Shown: in pieces, positions 1 to 10,292 of the stretch
How the letters are laid out: each line of letters starts with the position of its first letter
Position numbering within the stretch: the first letter of the stretch is position 1
NCBI GenBank assembly: GCA_021781705.1
Contig: JAJXWI010000003.1
Span: 2,919 to 66,918, forward strand
DNA: 64,000 nt
Origin: a bacterium
Lineage (GTDB): Bacteria; Verrucomicrobiota; Lentisphaeria; Victivallales; GWF2-38-69
Direction: 5' to 3'
Made by a program: the position numbers and the translations under genes
Notes under the pieces: model-generated
Databases searched by the model: none
The model's input: only the letters and a program-made list of their open reading frames with translations
Told to the model about the DNA's origin: nothing

Positions 1-85
1 AGCCTCAAAAACGTCTCATAAACGCTAAAGCCTGGCTAGGAAATACCCCCCAGACACGGGATACCCCCATATTGTATTTTTCCAA

Positions 86-150
86 GGTAGGGATACCTCG
101 CCGAGGGCGCCGCGTTTTCTTATGGTAGGGCAATTCCTTTAGCCATGCGT
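86..150 (+). repeat. Two REP-like modules (GGTAGGG + CCTCGCCGAGG palindrome; GGTAGGG + caattcctttagcc)
   Basis: GGTAGGG at 86-92 and 124-130, each followed by sequence matching modules seen again at 52445-52470, 60030-60050 and 62249-62268. Confidence 0.6.
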
Positions 151-244
151 TTTAGCAAGGCGCCGTAAAGTGCCGCAATGCTGCATATACTATCTTTACT
201 ATAATTCAGACCGTTGTTGGTTGCACTCCACTCTTAAATGTAGC

Positions 245-1816
245 TTATAATTTCCGATTTAACCCAAGTTTGGAGCTTATCAATATTGCCCAGTCGCGTT
301 GTTCCTCTGACTTCATTACATGGTTTATTGCAAAATAGATAATGCAAAAAATCGTGACCCCTAGGCAAAGTGATACAGAACCTTTCCAGTCTATTAGATT
401 TATGAAAGAAATCATATTGATAAGATTGCCTGCATAAATTGAAGTCAATACGGCAATCAAAGAAGAAAAACTTATTTTACAAAGACAGAGAAAAACTTCA
501 TTGTTGCCTGCCAATACAGTATGACGTTTTTTGAAAATATAAGTAAGTACAAGACAGTTAACTATCGACGATATTACAGTTCCGAGAGCTATTCCTCCCT
601 GCTTTAAATGAAACATCAGTATAAGATTGATGATGAAATTCAGCAGGATGCACCATAGAGCTACTTTGACAGGTGTTTTTGTGTCTTTTTGGGCGTAAAA
701 AGCTGAAGAAATTATCTTCATAGCGCAAAATGAGGGAATTCCGAAACAGTAGAACAGCATTGCCCAGGCGGTTTCATCAATGGACTTTTCTCCGAATCTG
801 TTGCCTCCGTAAACTACGTTAAGTATCGGGTACCTGTAAAATATGAAAATCACTGCCATTGGCACCGAAATATATATTACTTGCCTCAGCCCATATCTTA
901 AATCTTTTATAACGTGTGAAATTTTATTTTCGGCCATATGCTTAGTCATGGAAACTAGGCACACATTACCGAGAGAAACAGCAAAAAGTCCTATTGGCAG
1001 AAAAACAACTCTCTCTGTGAAGTAAAGGGCTGGCGCTGCAAAACTACTGATGTACAATGCCATGAGGCTATCCATTAGTGAACTAACCTGAGCTGCCGCT
1101 GCCCCAAAAAAACGAGGGATAGCTAACATAAAAAACTCTTTTACTATTGGTGTTTTCCATCCGCCCGGCCTAAAGGTTGTAGGGAAAGCATCTTCTTTTT
1201 TCAGGAGATATAAGAGCCAGCCTAGCTGTAATACCCCGGAAATTAACGATGCCCAGCTCATTTTTATGATTAATGCTTCTGGTGTTTGGTAGTAAAAAAT
1301 CAATATGGAAAGTATAATTGCAACATTTAGCAGTACAGATGTCAGCATAGGCAGAAAATACTTATCGAATAGGTTTAGAACGCTGGAACAAATGCTCGTG
1401 AGACATACAAAGAAAGTATAAGGCATAAGAATCGGCATAAGCGCAAGCGCAGCGCTAACACGATAAATAGGAAAAACAGGAATAAGAAGTATGCATATCG
1501 CTGAGACAAGAATACTGATTATCCCAAGTATTATGGCAAGCGTGGCAAGCATTATACCTAAATCCCGCCTGAATTTCTCTTTCCCCTCAGTATGAATTGT
1601 TTGCCCGAGCAAGGGGATTAGGGCTTGTGTTGCTGCTCCTTCTCCTAGCAATCCTCTGAAGGTGTTGGGAATCCTGAATGCAAGGACCCATGCGCTCATT
1701 ACAGAGCCTCCTCCCAGAAATCTTGCTATAAGCATGTCCCTGACCAGTCCGGTTAAACGGCTTATCAATACTGCAGACATCCCTAATGTTCCCTTAGCTA
1801 TAATTTTTCTTGACAT
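245..1816 (-). CDS. murJ: Lipid II flippase MurJ/MviN
   Basis: 523-aa polytopic membrane ORF; N-terminus LISRLTGLVRDMLIARFLGGG...AFRIPNTFRGLLGEGA matches the MurJ family pattern. Confidence 0.85.
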   Translation of the reverse strand: MSRKIIAKGTLGMSAVLISRLTGLVRDMLIARFLGGGSVMSAWVLAFRIPNTFRGLLGEGAATQALIPLLGQTIHTEGKEKFRRDLGIMLATLAIILGIISILVSAICILLIPVFPIYRVSAALALMPILMPYTFFVCLTSICSSVLNLFDKYFLPMLTSVLLNVAIILSILIFYYQTPEALIIKMSWASLISGVLQLGWLLYLLKKEDAFPTTFRPGGWKTPIVKEFFMLAIPRFFGAAAAQVSSLMDSLMALYISSFAAPALYFTERVVFLPIGLFAVSLGNVCLVSMTKHMAENKISHVIKDLRYGLRQVIYISVPMAVIFIFYRYPILNVVYGGNRFGEKSIDETAWAMLFYCFGIPSFCAMKIISSAFYAQKDTKTPVKVALWCILLNFIINLILMFHLKQGGIALGTVISSIVNCLVLTYIFKKRHTVLAGNNEVFLCLCKISFSSLIAVLTSIYAGNLINMISFINLIDWKGSVSLCLGVTIFCIIYFAINHVMKSEEQRDWAILISSKLGLNRKL

Positions 1817-2084
1817 TTAACTCCTCTGGAACTGGCGCGAAAAGTGGTTCGTCCCAGCTATAATTGTTTGATACTTAGATTCATACTATAACACTCAAAA
1901 TTCTGATTTAAAATAAGGCTGCAACCTATTTATATACAATTGCAAGGCTTGCTGCAGAAAAAGGAGTCTTTGAATAAAATTTCTGCTAATTTATGAAACG
2001 TACTAAAAATTTGTATGTATGCCTATTACAATAACAGCGTAGTAAAAAAGATAGAAAAACAAAAAACAAGGAGAATGGGAGTTT

Positions 2085-2627
2085 ATGGTCCCCACTAAAG
2101 TTTTCTTCACTAAAGGCGTAGGAGTTCATAAAGACAGGCTGGCAAGTTTTGAGCTTGCTCTCAGAAAAGCTGGTATAGAAAAGTGCAATCTAGTTTATGT
2201 GTCGAGCATTTTTCCGCCGCACTGCAAAATAGCGCCAAGATCTTATGGTATAAAACTTCTCAAGCCGGGGCAGATTACGTTTTGCGTAATGGCCAGAAAT
2301 GAAACTAATGAGCCTAACAGATTAGTATCTTCTGCCATAGGGTTGGCAGTACCTGTTAACAGGGATTCTTATGGATATTTGTCAGAGCACCACGCATTTG
2401 GTGAAACAGATGAAATATCAGGAGCGTATGCGGAAGATCTAGCGGCAACTATGCTAGCTACTACCCTGGGGATAGATTTTGACCCTAAAGTAGCATGGAC
2501 AGAAAGAGAACAGATATACAAGGCCTCAGGGAAAATTTTTGAAAGTACAAAAAAAGTCCAGTCTGCAATCGGCAATAAGGACGGATTGTGGACAACAACA
2601 ATAGCTGTTGCTGTATTTATTGAATAG
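2085..2627 (+). CDS. pdaD: Pyruvoyl-dependent arginine decarboxylase
   Basis: 180 aa; [12 protein letters not shown] start and [10 protein letters not shown] self-cleavage-type serine motif typical of PdaD; AGGAG-like RBS upstream; followed by agmatinase. Confidence 0.85.
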   Translation: MVPTKVFFTKGVGVHKDRLASFELALRKAGIEKCNLVYVSSIFPPHCKIAPRSYGIKLLKPGQITFCVMARNETNEPNRLVSSAIGLAVPVNRDSYGYLSEHHAFGETDEISGAYAEDLAATMLATTLGIDFDPKVAWTEREQIYKASGKIFESTKKVQSAIGNKDGLWTTTIAVAVFIE

Positions 2628-2649
2628 AATTTCTCAGGAGATTTAAAAC

Positions 2650-3498
2650 ATGGCAAGATATGGCAACTTCCCTGAAACTTTCACACAATACGACAATTCG
2701 AAAATAGTTATTCTTCCAGTCCCGTACGATGGAACGAGTACTTGGGGGAAGGGCGCAGACAAAGGGCCTGAGGCGCTTCTTGATGCATCGCATTATCTTG
2801 AAAATTATGACATTGAAACTAATTCAGAGCCTTATAATTTAGGAATTCATGTAACTTCTCCTGTAACTGAATCCTTAAGTCCAGATGCGATGGTTGCCGC
2901 CGTTAAAACAAGAGTTTCTGAACTTATTAGAGATAGCAAGATGGTTGCGATGATAGGCGGAGAACACTCCGTAACTATTGGCTCAGTTCAGGCTCATTGT
3001 GAACATTATCCTAATATGTCAGTAATTCAGCTTGATGCGCATGGAGATTTGCAGGAAGTCTATCACGATTCGAAATATAATCATGGATGCGTAATGGCTC
3101 GGGTAAAAGAAGTTTGCCCTTTTGTTCAAGTCGGAATAAGGAGCATGGATGTGGCGGAAGAGAAAAATATGTCCAGAGAGAGGGTTTTCTTCGCTGAGAA
3201 TATTTATGACCATGATAGGTGGATAAATAAAGCAGTATCTTTGCTCTCCGATAATGTTTATATTACTATAGATTTGGATGTTTTTGAGCTTGGCTCAATG
3301 ATGTCAACAGGGACGCCTGAGCCTGGAGGGCTGGGATGGTATCAGATTCTTCATTTGCTGAAAAAAATCGTAAACAAGAAAAATGTGGTGGGTTTTGACA
3401 TAGTAGAACTTTGTCCCAAAGAATTTTACAGGGCGCCTGATTTTCTTGCAGCAAAACTGTTATATAAGATTCTGGCATACATTTATACCAAAAAATAA
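2650..3498 (+). CDS. speB: Agmatinase (arginase fold)
   Basis: Arginase-family metal motifs GGEHSVT, QLDAHGDL, ITIDLDVF, TGTPEPGGL; adjacent to pdaD, giving an arginine to putrescine route. Confidence 0.85.
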   Translation: MARYGNFPETFTQYDNSKIVILPVPYDGTSTWGKGADKGPEALLDASHYLENYDIETNSEPYNLGIHVTSPVTESLSPDAMVAAVKTRVSELIRDSKMVAMIGGEHSVTIGSVQAHCEHYPNMSVIQLDAHGDLQEVYHDSKYNHGCVMARVKEVCPFVQVGIRSMDVAEEKNMSRERVFFAENIYDHDRWINKAVSLLSDNVYITIDLDVFELGSMMSTGTPEPGGLGWYQILHLLKKIVNKKNVVGFDIVELCPKEFYRAPDFLAAKLLYKILAYIYTKK

Positions 3499-3586
3499 GT
3501 ACGGATAATTTTTAGTTCGTAGAGCATTTGGGCAGAAATGGAATTTGCAATAATTTTTTCACGCTGTATTTTCTCTCCTCTTTTTT

Positions 3587-3671
3587 GCGCGGGTGGCGGA
3601 ATTGGCAGACGCGCCAGATTTAGGATCTGGTGCCTTACGGCTTGGGGGTTCGAGTCCCCCCTCGCGCACCA
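3587..3671 (+). tRNA. tRNA-Leu (anticodon UAG), CCA encoded
   Basis: 85 nt; acceptor GCGCGGG/CTCGCGC, anticodon arm CCAGA-TTTAGGA-TCTGG, long variable arm, T arm GGGGG-TTCGAGT-CCCCC, A73 + CCA. Confidence 0.9.
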
Positions 3672-3832
3672 TGTTAATCAAAACGCGGGTGTTTTCTTGT
3701 TCCACAGTCGAAAAGGGACAAAATAGACATTTTATTTTTCCGTAGTCGTTGGCTTTTTTTAAAAAACTTCTATAATGGGATTGCGGAAATATTAATAAAA
3801 GCAAATAAGACTAGAATTAAAAAATTAAAGCT

Positions 3833-4297
3833 ATGACTTTTACCATTAAAAACAAAATCAAGAGACCGGTAAATATCCTGATCAACGATGGGTGCAAAGA
3901 AGAAATATCGCATATAATCTTTTTAGACACATTGCCCGAAACCGAAGAGGCCGAGTCCATAAAGGATTACCTGGAAAGAAATATAGACTTGTTTGTTCCT
4001 TCATTGATGTACCAAACTGAAACTACCACGGTTTTTAGAGCTCTGAAGGTAAGCAGTATATGCTATATAAAGGATCTTTATCCGATAGAAAAAATAATTG
4101 AAATAAAAAAAGAAATATCTTTTGTTTTTTCAAATGGCACCAAACTTAATGTCGCTATTGATAAAGAGTCGGACAAAGACCAAAACAGGGTAATAGATTA
4201 TTTAAACCGTCCAGAAAGGTTTATAGAACTCGTAAGCAGCAGATCGTCAATATTTATCAATAAAGATCTGGTCTCTGATGTAACAGAAATTGAATAG
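3833..4297 (+). CDS. Hypothetical protein
   Basis: 154-aa ORF with no overlapping competitor; no motif recognised. Confidence 0.45.
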   Translation: MTFTIKNKIKRPVNILINDGCKEEISHIIFLDTLPETEEAESIKDYLERNIDLFVPSLMYQTETTTVFRALKVSSICYIKDLYPIEKIIEIKKEISFVFSNGTKLNVAIDKESDKDQNRVIDYLNRPERFIELVSSRSSIFINKDLVSDVTEIE

Positions 4298-4323
4298 GGA
4301 AGAAACCCCATATTTTCAATAAT

Positions 4324-5283
4324 CTAAAGCATTTGAGAAATCATTTTTTCGAGTTTAATTGTATCTACGGTAAAACTTCTAATTCCTTCTGCAAGCTTTT
4401 CGGTTGCCATAGCGTCTTCGTTGTGCATCCACCGGAATGTTTTCTCATCAAGAGTTATCTTATTCATGACTTCTGCCATTGTTTCAGACTTATTCAGCTT
4501 TCGATCCATTTTTTCAGTTTCAGCAGATTTAAGCTCATTCAAAAGCTCGGGAGATATTGTAAGATAATCGCATCCGGCTAATTCTGTAATCTGATCTACA
4601 TTTCTGAAACTCGCACCCATCACTATAGTTTTATAGCCATTTTTCTTGTAGTAATTATAAATTTTCTTGACAGATAGCACTCCGGGATCCATGGAAGGCG
4701 CATACTCTTCCATAACACTATTTTTCTTGTACCAGTCCAATATCCTACCTACATATGGAGAAATCAGCGTTACCCCGGCGTCCGCGCATTGAATAGCCTG
4801 AGCAAAACTAAAAAGCAGTGTCAAATTGCAATGTATATTCTCTTTTTCCAGCTGCCTTGCGGCCCTGATGCCTTCCCATGTCGCAGCTATTTTTATAAGA
4901 ATTCTTTCTCTGTTTATCCCAAGATCCCTGTACATGTCAATAATTTCACGCGCTTTTTTCACGGTGCTTTCCGTGTCAAATGACAATCTCGCATCAACCT
5001 CGCTGGAAACTCGACCCGGAATAATCTTAAGGATCTCTCTCCCGAAATTAACGGCAACCCTAGTTATTGCACTGTCCAAAATTTTGTCTTTTCCCGAACA
5101 TTTGGATTTAGCGTAATCAACGGCACCTCTAATCAATCCTCGGTATACTTCATTTTGGGATGATTTTAAAATCAATGAAGGATTTGTGGTGGCATCGGTA
5201 GGAGCAAATTTCGCAATTGAGTTAATGTCTCCGGTGTCCGCAACAACAACAGTCATTTCTCTGAGAAAATCAAGCTTGTTCAT
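4324..5283 (-). CDS. tal: Transaldolase (TalB type)
   Basis: VVADTGD, TTNPSLIL and Schiff-base lysine context ILIKIAATWEGIRAARQLEKENI. Confidence 0.9.
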   Translation of the reverse strand: MNKLDFLREMTVVVADTGDINSIAKFAPTDATTNPSLILKSSQNEVYRGLIRGAVDYAKSKCSGKDKILDSAITRVAVNFGREILKIIPGRVSSEVDARLSFDTESTVKKAREIIDMYRDLGINRERILIKIAATWEGIRAARQLEKENIHCNLTLLFSFAQAIQCADAGVTLISPYVGRILDWYKKNSVMEEYAPSMDPGVLSVKKIYNYYKKNGYKTIVMGASFRNVDQITELAGCDYLTISPELLNELKSAETEKMDRKLNKSETMAEVMNKITLDEKTFRWMHNEDAMATEKLAEGIRSFTVDTIKLEKMISQML

Positions 5284-5447
5284 AAAACCTTACCCCTGTT
5301 TCCTAGTTTATATTTATGATCGTAAAAAATGTACAACAAATCATTACAGTAAACAAATTCTTCCACCATTTTTTATCTAATCGTATTCACTTTTCAGATT
5401 AATGCAATAGAATTAGAAAAGTAACTAAAAACAAGGACACTCTTGCA

Positions 5448-5918
5448 ATGAAAAAATTATTGATATTATTTGTGCTGGCAGGAATAGCCATCGGTGGATT
5501 TTATTTATACAATTCGTATAAAGCTGGGAAATTTTTAACGTCCGGTCCGTTTTCTTCTTCCACAGAGCTGAGAGATAAAGCGCTTGCCAGATTAAATGTA
5601 ACCCTCAGCGATGATCAATATAATCAGGCATTCTATATTACTGCTGATTGGGAATGCGAACTTGGCAATCCCCCTAATTCTTCAGTTCAAATGGATATAG
5701 TGATAACAGAATCAGAGGATGCAAGAGACAAAATAGTCATAAGCTCGACCTCTATGAAGGGGCTTAGCAGTCAAGGAGCCGGCGCAGGTTCTCTGGCCTG
5801 TCATATCTACAGAAAAGAAATTACACGCAGCCATCCATATATGTGGGCAAAAATAACTTGTACAGTTAATGGGCAAAAACAAAAATCTATAGTAAAACCT
5901 TTCGGAAAATTCAAATAA
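5448..5918 (+). CDS. Hypothetical membrane-anchored/secreted protein
   Basis: 156 aa, N-terminal hydrophobic segment KKLLILFVLAGIAIGGFYLY. Confidence 0.45.
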   Translation: MKKLLILFVLAGIAIGGFYLYNSYKAGKFLTSGPFSSSTELRDKALARLNVTLSDDQYNQAFYITADWECELGNPPNSSVQMDIVITESEDARDKIVISSTSMKGLSSQGAGAGSLACHIYRKEITRSHPYMWAKITCTVNGQKQKSIVKPFGKFK

Positions 5919-5957
5919 CAAAAGAATGTATCACGGGAAAAATAAATATGTTTGGGA

Positions 5958-7403
5958 TTAGATAAAAGACTTTTCGTGTCCTATTATAACCATGGTCTGG
6001 TCATCAGACTGCTCTTTATTTTCTGAAAATTCGTCTACGGCTCTTAATATTTTATCAGTACTTTTGCTAGGGGAATTTTTTTTGCAACACGATTCATAAA
6101 ATATCGTCTGCAGATTATCGATTCCGAATTCATCGCCTCTGTTATTTAGTGATTCTATTATGCCGTCAGAAAACATCAATACCGTGTAATATGGTTTAAA
6201 ACAAAATGAGATTGAATCAAAATTCCCAGTAAGTTCATTCGGGAGTAATCCAAGCGCAGTACCATGCGGCCTTAGTTTTCTTATTTTTTTCTTGGAAGAG
6301 TATACCATCAATTCAGTATGTCCGGCTCTGGCAAATTCCACGCTTTCCTCCTGCCTGTCTAACAAGCAGCAGGCAATAGTTGCATACCTGCCTTCATTTG
6401 TGTCTCTGTAGAGATTGGAATTCAGATCAGACATTAAACTGCTCAAGCTTGTAAATCGCTCAGAATTTGCCCTAATAAAACTTCTGGCCATTGTCATTAT
6501 CATGCACGCAGGAATCCCTTTTCCGCTGGCATCTCCAAGTACCACTAATAATCTGTTTTCATCTATTTTTACAAAATCGTAAAAGTCTCCATTCACTTCT
6601 TTTGCGGATCTCGTGAAAGCGTGTATTTCAAAAGGCTTCCAGACCGGAAACTCTCTGGGAATCAAAGATGCTTGTAATAATCTTGCAAACTCAATTTCCT
6701 GATTAAGTCTGTCCTGCTTTGCTGCGACTGAAAAAGTTTGTATTATCTGATGTATTACCGAAACTAATTTTGAAACTGCATCAAACATGGCAAATTGCTG
6801 TTCCGTAAATAGCGAAGTTGCTTTATTGTTTATTGCGCAAACAACCCCCACTACCTGTTCGTTTATAATCATGGGGACTACCATGAGGGAGGATACGGCA
6901 GTTAATGATTCTTCCGAAGAAAGAAGTGCTGCCTCTTTGGATCCTAACAATACAGCTTTTTTACTCAGGCCTACTTCTCCTATGATACCTTCTCCCAATT
7001 CTATTTTTTCTTGTTTTAGTACATCTGTCAGAAACCTAGGTTTACTGAGAATGAAATCTCTTGAGATGTTCAAGGGGGTGAAAGCTTCAGAGTATCCTAC
7101 AGGTATAAAATATTTATTTTCATGTAGATTGTAAATACACACGCTCTCTGCATCTATAAGAGCTGCTATTTTCTCTGCTATGGATGTGTATACATTTTCA
7201 CTTGTAGAATAACTGCATAATTTCTCCGAAAAAAAGTTTACAAAACTACCTATTTCCGTATTTTTTCTAAGGCTGGATACAAGCTTTGTTTCAAGCAGAA
7301 TAACTTTTTTCCTATAAGACAAAATCAAAGCGCCGGCAATGATCAAGGCTATCGTTACCAGACCGCTTAAGGCCAAGATTACAAATATCTCTAATGGAGA
7401 CAT
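5958..7403 (-). CDS. Membrane-anchored GAF-domain PP2C (SpoIIE-family) serine phosphatase
   Basis: N-terminal TM helix, central GAF-like region, C-terminal PP2C motifs GDFYDF, LGDASGKGIPA, SDGIIE, DDQTMVI. Confidence 0.75.
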   Translation of the reverse strand: MSPLEIFVILALSGLVTIALIIAGALILSYRKKVILLETKLVSSLRKNTEIGSFVNFFSEKLCSYSTSENVYTSIAEKIAALIDAESVCIYNLHENKYFIPVGYSEAFTPLNISRDFILSKPRFLTDVLKQEKIELGEGIIGEVGLSKKAVLLGSKEAALLSSEESLTAVSSLMVVPMIINEQVVGVVCAINNKATSLFTEQQFAMFDAVSKLVSVIHQIIQTFSVAAKQDRLNQEIEFARLLQASLIPREFPVWKPFEIHAFTRSAKEVNGDFYDFVKIDENRLLVVLGDASGKGIPACMIMTMARSFIRANSERFTSLSSLMSDLNSNLYRDTNEGRYATIACCLLDRQEESVEFARAGHTELMVYSSKKKIRKLRPHGTALGLLPNELTGNFDSISFCFKPYYTVLMFSDGIIESLNNRGDEFGIDNLQTIFYESCCKKNSPSKSTDKILRAVDEFSENKEQSDDQTMVIIGHEKSFI

Positions 7404-7555
7404 ATTATTCTCATTACTTTCGTTAGTAAATTAATGCGGTATGCGCTGCTACTTTCTAATTAACACTTATCTTAATATTATTTGTATCCAAATAAAAAGT
7501 AAACACTTTTCATAATTTTATGGAATTATATCTTGGCATGACAAAAGGTCTCAAT

Positions 7556-8479
7556 CTAGGGAAAAAAGCGTCTTGATATTATTTTCCACCTGATTTCCGT
7601 ATTATTTTTTTTACAAAACCATGCTTCTGATTTAGATGAATCAGCATAAAATCCTGCTATTTTCTTGATCTCATTATAGCTACATCTAAATAATATAGCA
7701 GGGATGTTTGTAGTTGAAAATCCTGATTTGGCCAGATACCTCTTTGCTTTCTTATAAATATTTACTGATATTTGGTTTCTTATAAGGAGAAATAACGGAT
7801 AAACAAGTATTAGAACCCAGAAAAAACCGCTATTTAATTCGCTACAGAAATATGCTTTGTAAAATTGGACGAGAAACAGTAACAGTATGGGAAGGAATAA
7901 TAAGAGTGAATCTAGAGGGTTTCTGAAGCAATTGCCAAAATGCCTTCTTATTGGGCTAGAGGACAAGTTATAAGCAAAAAATTCCTCCAGCATGTTGTCT
8001 TTTATCGGCATCCTTGCTGCGTGGCACAATTCATGGGTTATGATTTCTTGTAAAGAATAAATCAACCACTTGCTTTTATGTTTGAATTTTCTACTGATCA
8101 ATATGAATGAAAGCCCCGACTCGAAAGTTAAAGTACATGCGCCAGCCAGCAGGCCTATATTCCTGTGGAAAAAAGCGTCAACCCAGTTTATTTGAAAACC
8201 GTACTTTTGAGTAAGCGCTAAATTCGGTGCGATATATTTGTCTTTTGGTAGTTGTTCTTCTGCTTTTATTTCGATTTTGCTATCAATGCAAACATCTTTT
8301 TTTACATTAATCTCAGAATTTACACGAGCTGTATCGCTGCAAATTTTCAGAAGCCTGATTTTGTATTCTATGAAACTTTCATTTACTCCCAACAAGAACC
8401 CTTCTGAGTCCAAATAGCATAAAGCTTCTAAATCTTCTTTTTTTAGATTGTTCACCCGTTCTTTATCCAGAGGAAACAT
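7556..8479 (-). CDS. Hypothetical membrane protein with HExxH motif (putative zinc metallopeptidase)
   Basis: ITHELCHAARMP...LEEFFAY (HExxH plus downstream Glu) followed by hydrophobic helices. Confidence 0.4.
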   Translation of the reverse strand: MFPLDKERVNNLKKEDLEALCYLDSEGFLLGVNESFIEYKIRLLKICSDTARVNSEINVKKDVCIDSKIEIKAEEQLPKDKYIAPNLALTQKYGFQINWVDAFFHRNIGLLAGACTLTFESGLSFILISRKFKHKSKWLIYSLQEIITHELCHAARMPIKDNMLEEFFAYNLSSSPIRRHFGNCFRNPLDSLLLFLPILLLFLVQFYKAYFCSELNSGFFWVLILVYPLFLLIRNQISVNIYKKAKRYLAKSGFSTTNIPAILFRCSYNEIKKIAGFYADSSKSEAWFCKKNNTEIRWKIISRRFFP

Positions 8480-8505
8480 TTCTGAATAATTCCAATTAAA
8501 TAAAT

Positions 8506-9027
8506 TTAGATTTTATGTTTTGTACCACTATCCTTTTGAGTATCTGATTTTGTCCTATCTTTAAAAGGAGTTTTTATAAATATTTGTTCCTGTATCTTCG
8601 TGAAGGCTTCCTGATAAGTTTCAGGAGTTTGTACCGCCGTATCTCTGGCGATTGTTCCACTATTTTGCTGGGTGTATTCTGTATGCCTGACAAAGTTTAA
8701 TCTTATTTTTGTGTTACTATTATCAAGTTCTTCGATAAAAGCTGTAGCTTTCATTTTTTGGTTGCCGCTAAAAAAATCCTGAGTGTTCGGACTTTCAGCG
8801 GTTATGAATCCCGTATTGTATTCTGCCGAGTTTACGATGTACCCCAAATCCTGAAATACAGTCATTACCGAACCAAAAGCTATTTTTTTAGGTGTTTCAA
8901 ATTCTCTGGACTGTATAGACTGGATCTGTAAACTTGTCATTTGCGGTGGTGGTGTAAAAAATTCACACCCTGAAAAAAACAAACAGAAAATAAATGCTAT
9001 TACTGGTATTCTATAGGTTTTGCGCAC
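8506..9027 (-). CDS. Lipoprotein, unknown function
   Basis: GTG start after G-rich RBS; lipobox-like FFSGC after hydrophobic leader. Confidence 0.55.
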   Translation of the reverse strand: MRKTYRIPVIAFIFCLFFSGCEFFTPPPQMTSLQIQSIQSREFETPKKIAFGSVMTVFQDLGYIVNSAEYNTGFITAESPNTQDFFSGNQKMKATAFIEELDNSNTKIRLNFVRHTEYTQQNSGTIARDTAVQTPETYQEAFTKIQEQIFIKTPFKDRTKSDTQKDSGTKHKI

Positions 9028-9044
9028 TTGATTTCCCCCCTATT

Positions 9045-9455
9045 TTAGAAGTTTGCTGACATAAATTTAAAGTCTTTAACTTTTTTATCGTCGTCGAACT
9101 TTATTATTAAAGTTGCTGTTTTTGTAGACTGGTTATATCCGCCCTTGCTAGAGTTAATCCCAGCAAGAATAATTGTTGCATAGTAACCGTCGGAGCTGGA
9201 GGTAGCTGTCATTGAGTTTTTCTGGTAACTCCACACCTCATTTCCCGCACCATCTGTCGTTATAATGTTGGGAGCTCCAAAAGCCCCTAGTACATCAGCT
9301 TGAGAAGTTTCACCCTTTTTGAGATTTAGCTGTATGTTGGCCTGAGTGAGTGTTGTGTCGGTGGTTGAATCTTTCTGTGGTGACGAGCAACCCGTCAGTA
9401 AAACCAGCATGAAAGAAATCGTAATACCCATAACTGTTTTTAGAAAAAATTTCAT
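9045..9455 (-). CDS. Lipoprotein, unknown function
   Basis: Internal Met MKFFLKTVMGITISFMLVLLTGCSS gives signal peptide + lipobox; the longer track ORF start (9503) is less likely. Confidence 0.55.
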   Translation of the reverse strand: MKFFLKTVMGITISFMLVLLTGCSSPQKDSTTDTTLTQANIQLNLKKGETSQADVLGAFGAPNIITTDGAGNEVWSYQKNSMTATSSSDGYYATIILAGINSSKGGYNQSTKTATLIIKFDDDKKVKDFKFMSANF

Positions 9456-9692
9456 TTTGCACCCACTCTCTTTTTTACTATAGAATTTTGTTTTATAGGC
9501 CATACTATATCATGAATGATCCTGCTTTCCATGACAGAAATATAATTTTTCCTTGCTGTTTTGGGTAATTGCCTTTATACTTAAATTTTGTGGCAAGATG
9601 ACATCCATATTTTTTACCGACGTATTGTGAGTTTCCCACTAAAACGAGCGCTCAAATACAGTAAAATAAAAAATATAGGAAAAGATATAAAA

Positions 9693-9893
9693 ATGAAACC
9701 CAGAGTATTCAGTTTGAAATTCGTTGGTACGTTTATATCGGTAATGATGGGAACGCTTGCAATTACTCCAACAGAAAGCCTAGCGAACGATTATGCGACA
9801 AATGTAAGGGCAGTAACCAAAAATGCAGCAATACCTACCACTCATGCAGAGCTGCAAGAAGATCAGAAACCTGCCTACGCCCAGGTGTTTTAG
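9693..9893 (+). CDS. Small secreted hypothetical protein (66 aa)
   Basis: Met at 9693 preceded by AGGAAAAG; MKPRVFSLKFVGTFISVMMGTLAITPTESLA looks like a signal peptide. Confidence 0.35.
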   Translation: MKPRVFSLKFVGTFISVMMGTLAITPTESLANDYATNVRAVTKNAAIPTTHAELQEDQKPAYAQVF

Positions 9894-10292
9894 AGCGCTA
9901 CAACTCTTTTAAAAAGGCCCCATCCTGCCGGCAAGAAGACAAGGATCATCTCGATAGATACTTATATGCCAATGGATATTTTTTACACTAATGTGCTTTA
10001 AAGACCCAGAATTTTCTAACTCCCTTATGTCTTCGTATAGCGACGTTTTGAAGGCTGCCATACTCGAGAAATGCAGTTCTTTTCAGGGCGCGGCACGGTC
10101 CCGGTCCAGACCAGTATTGGCAGTGCATGAAAGATGTGAGAGCATCTATGGAGACTCCTTGGAGTAAAGGGTTGCGAGACGCATTTGTCGATAGGTATTC
10201 AAAGCGCCCCGCCCCCTGCACCTACAACTCGTATAATTATCCGCTATACGACAGGCCATAGTCGATTAATAGCAACACCGCGGGCAGATGCT
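9894..10292. ncRNA. Candidate structured RNA, unclassified (GC-rich island between convergent genes)
   Basis: Markedly more GC-rich than flanks; long-range complementarity CGTATAGCG (~10035) / CGCTATACG (~10243) and CTGCCATACT / AGTATTGGCAG; only poor ORFs. Confidence 0.25.

Noticed and set aside
3538-3804. ORFs 3538-3726 (+) and 3559-3804 (-)
   Set aside because: Both overlap a textbook tRNA-Leu cloverleaf at 3587-3671.
9894-10292. tmRNA (ssrA) on the minus strand, prompted by GGGGGCGGGGCGCTTTGAATACCTATCGACAAATGCG, which resembles a tmRNA 5' end
   Set aside because: I found no T-arm (GGTTCGA-type), no matching 3' acceptor strand with CCA, and no recognisable tag reading frame ending in hydrophobic residues. 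RNase P P4 (GAGGAAAGTCC) and SRP domain IV motifs were also not found. It is kept only as an unclassified candidate.
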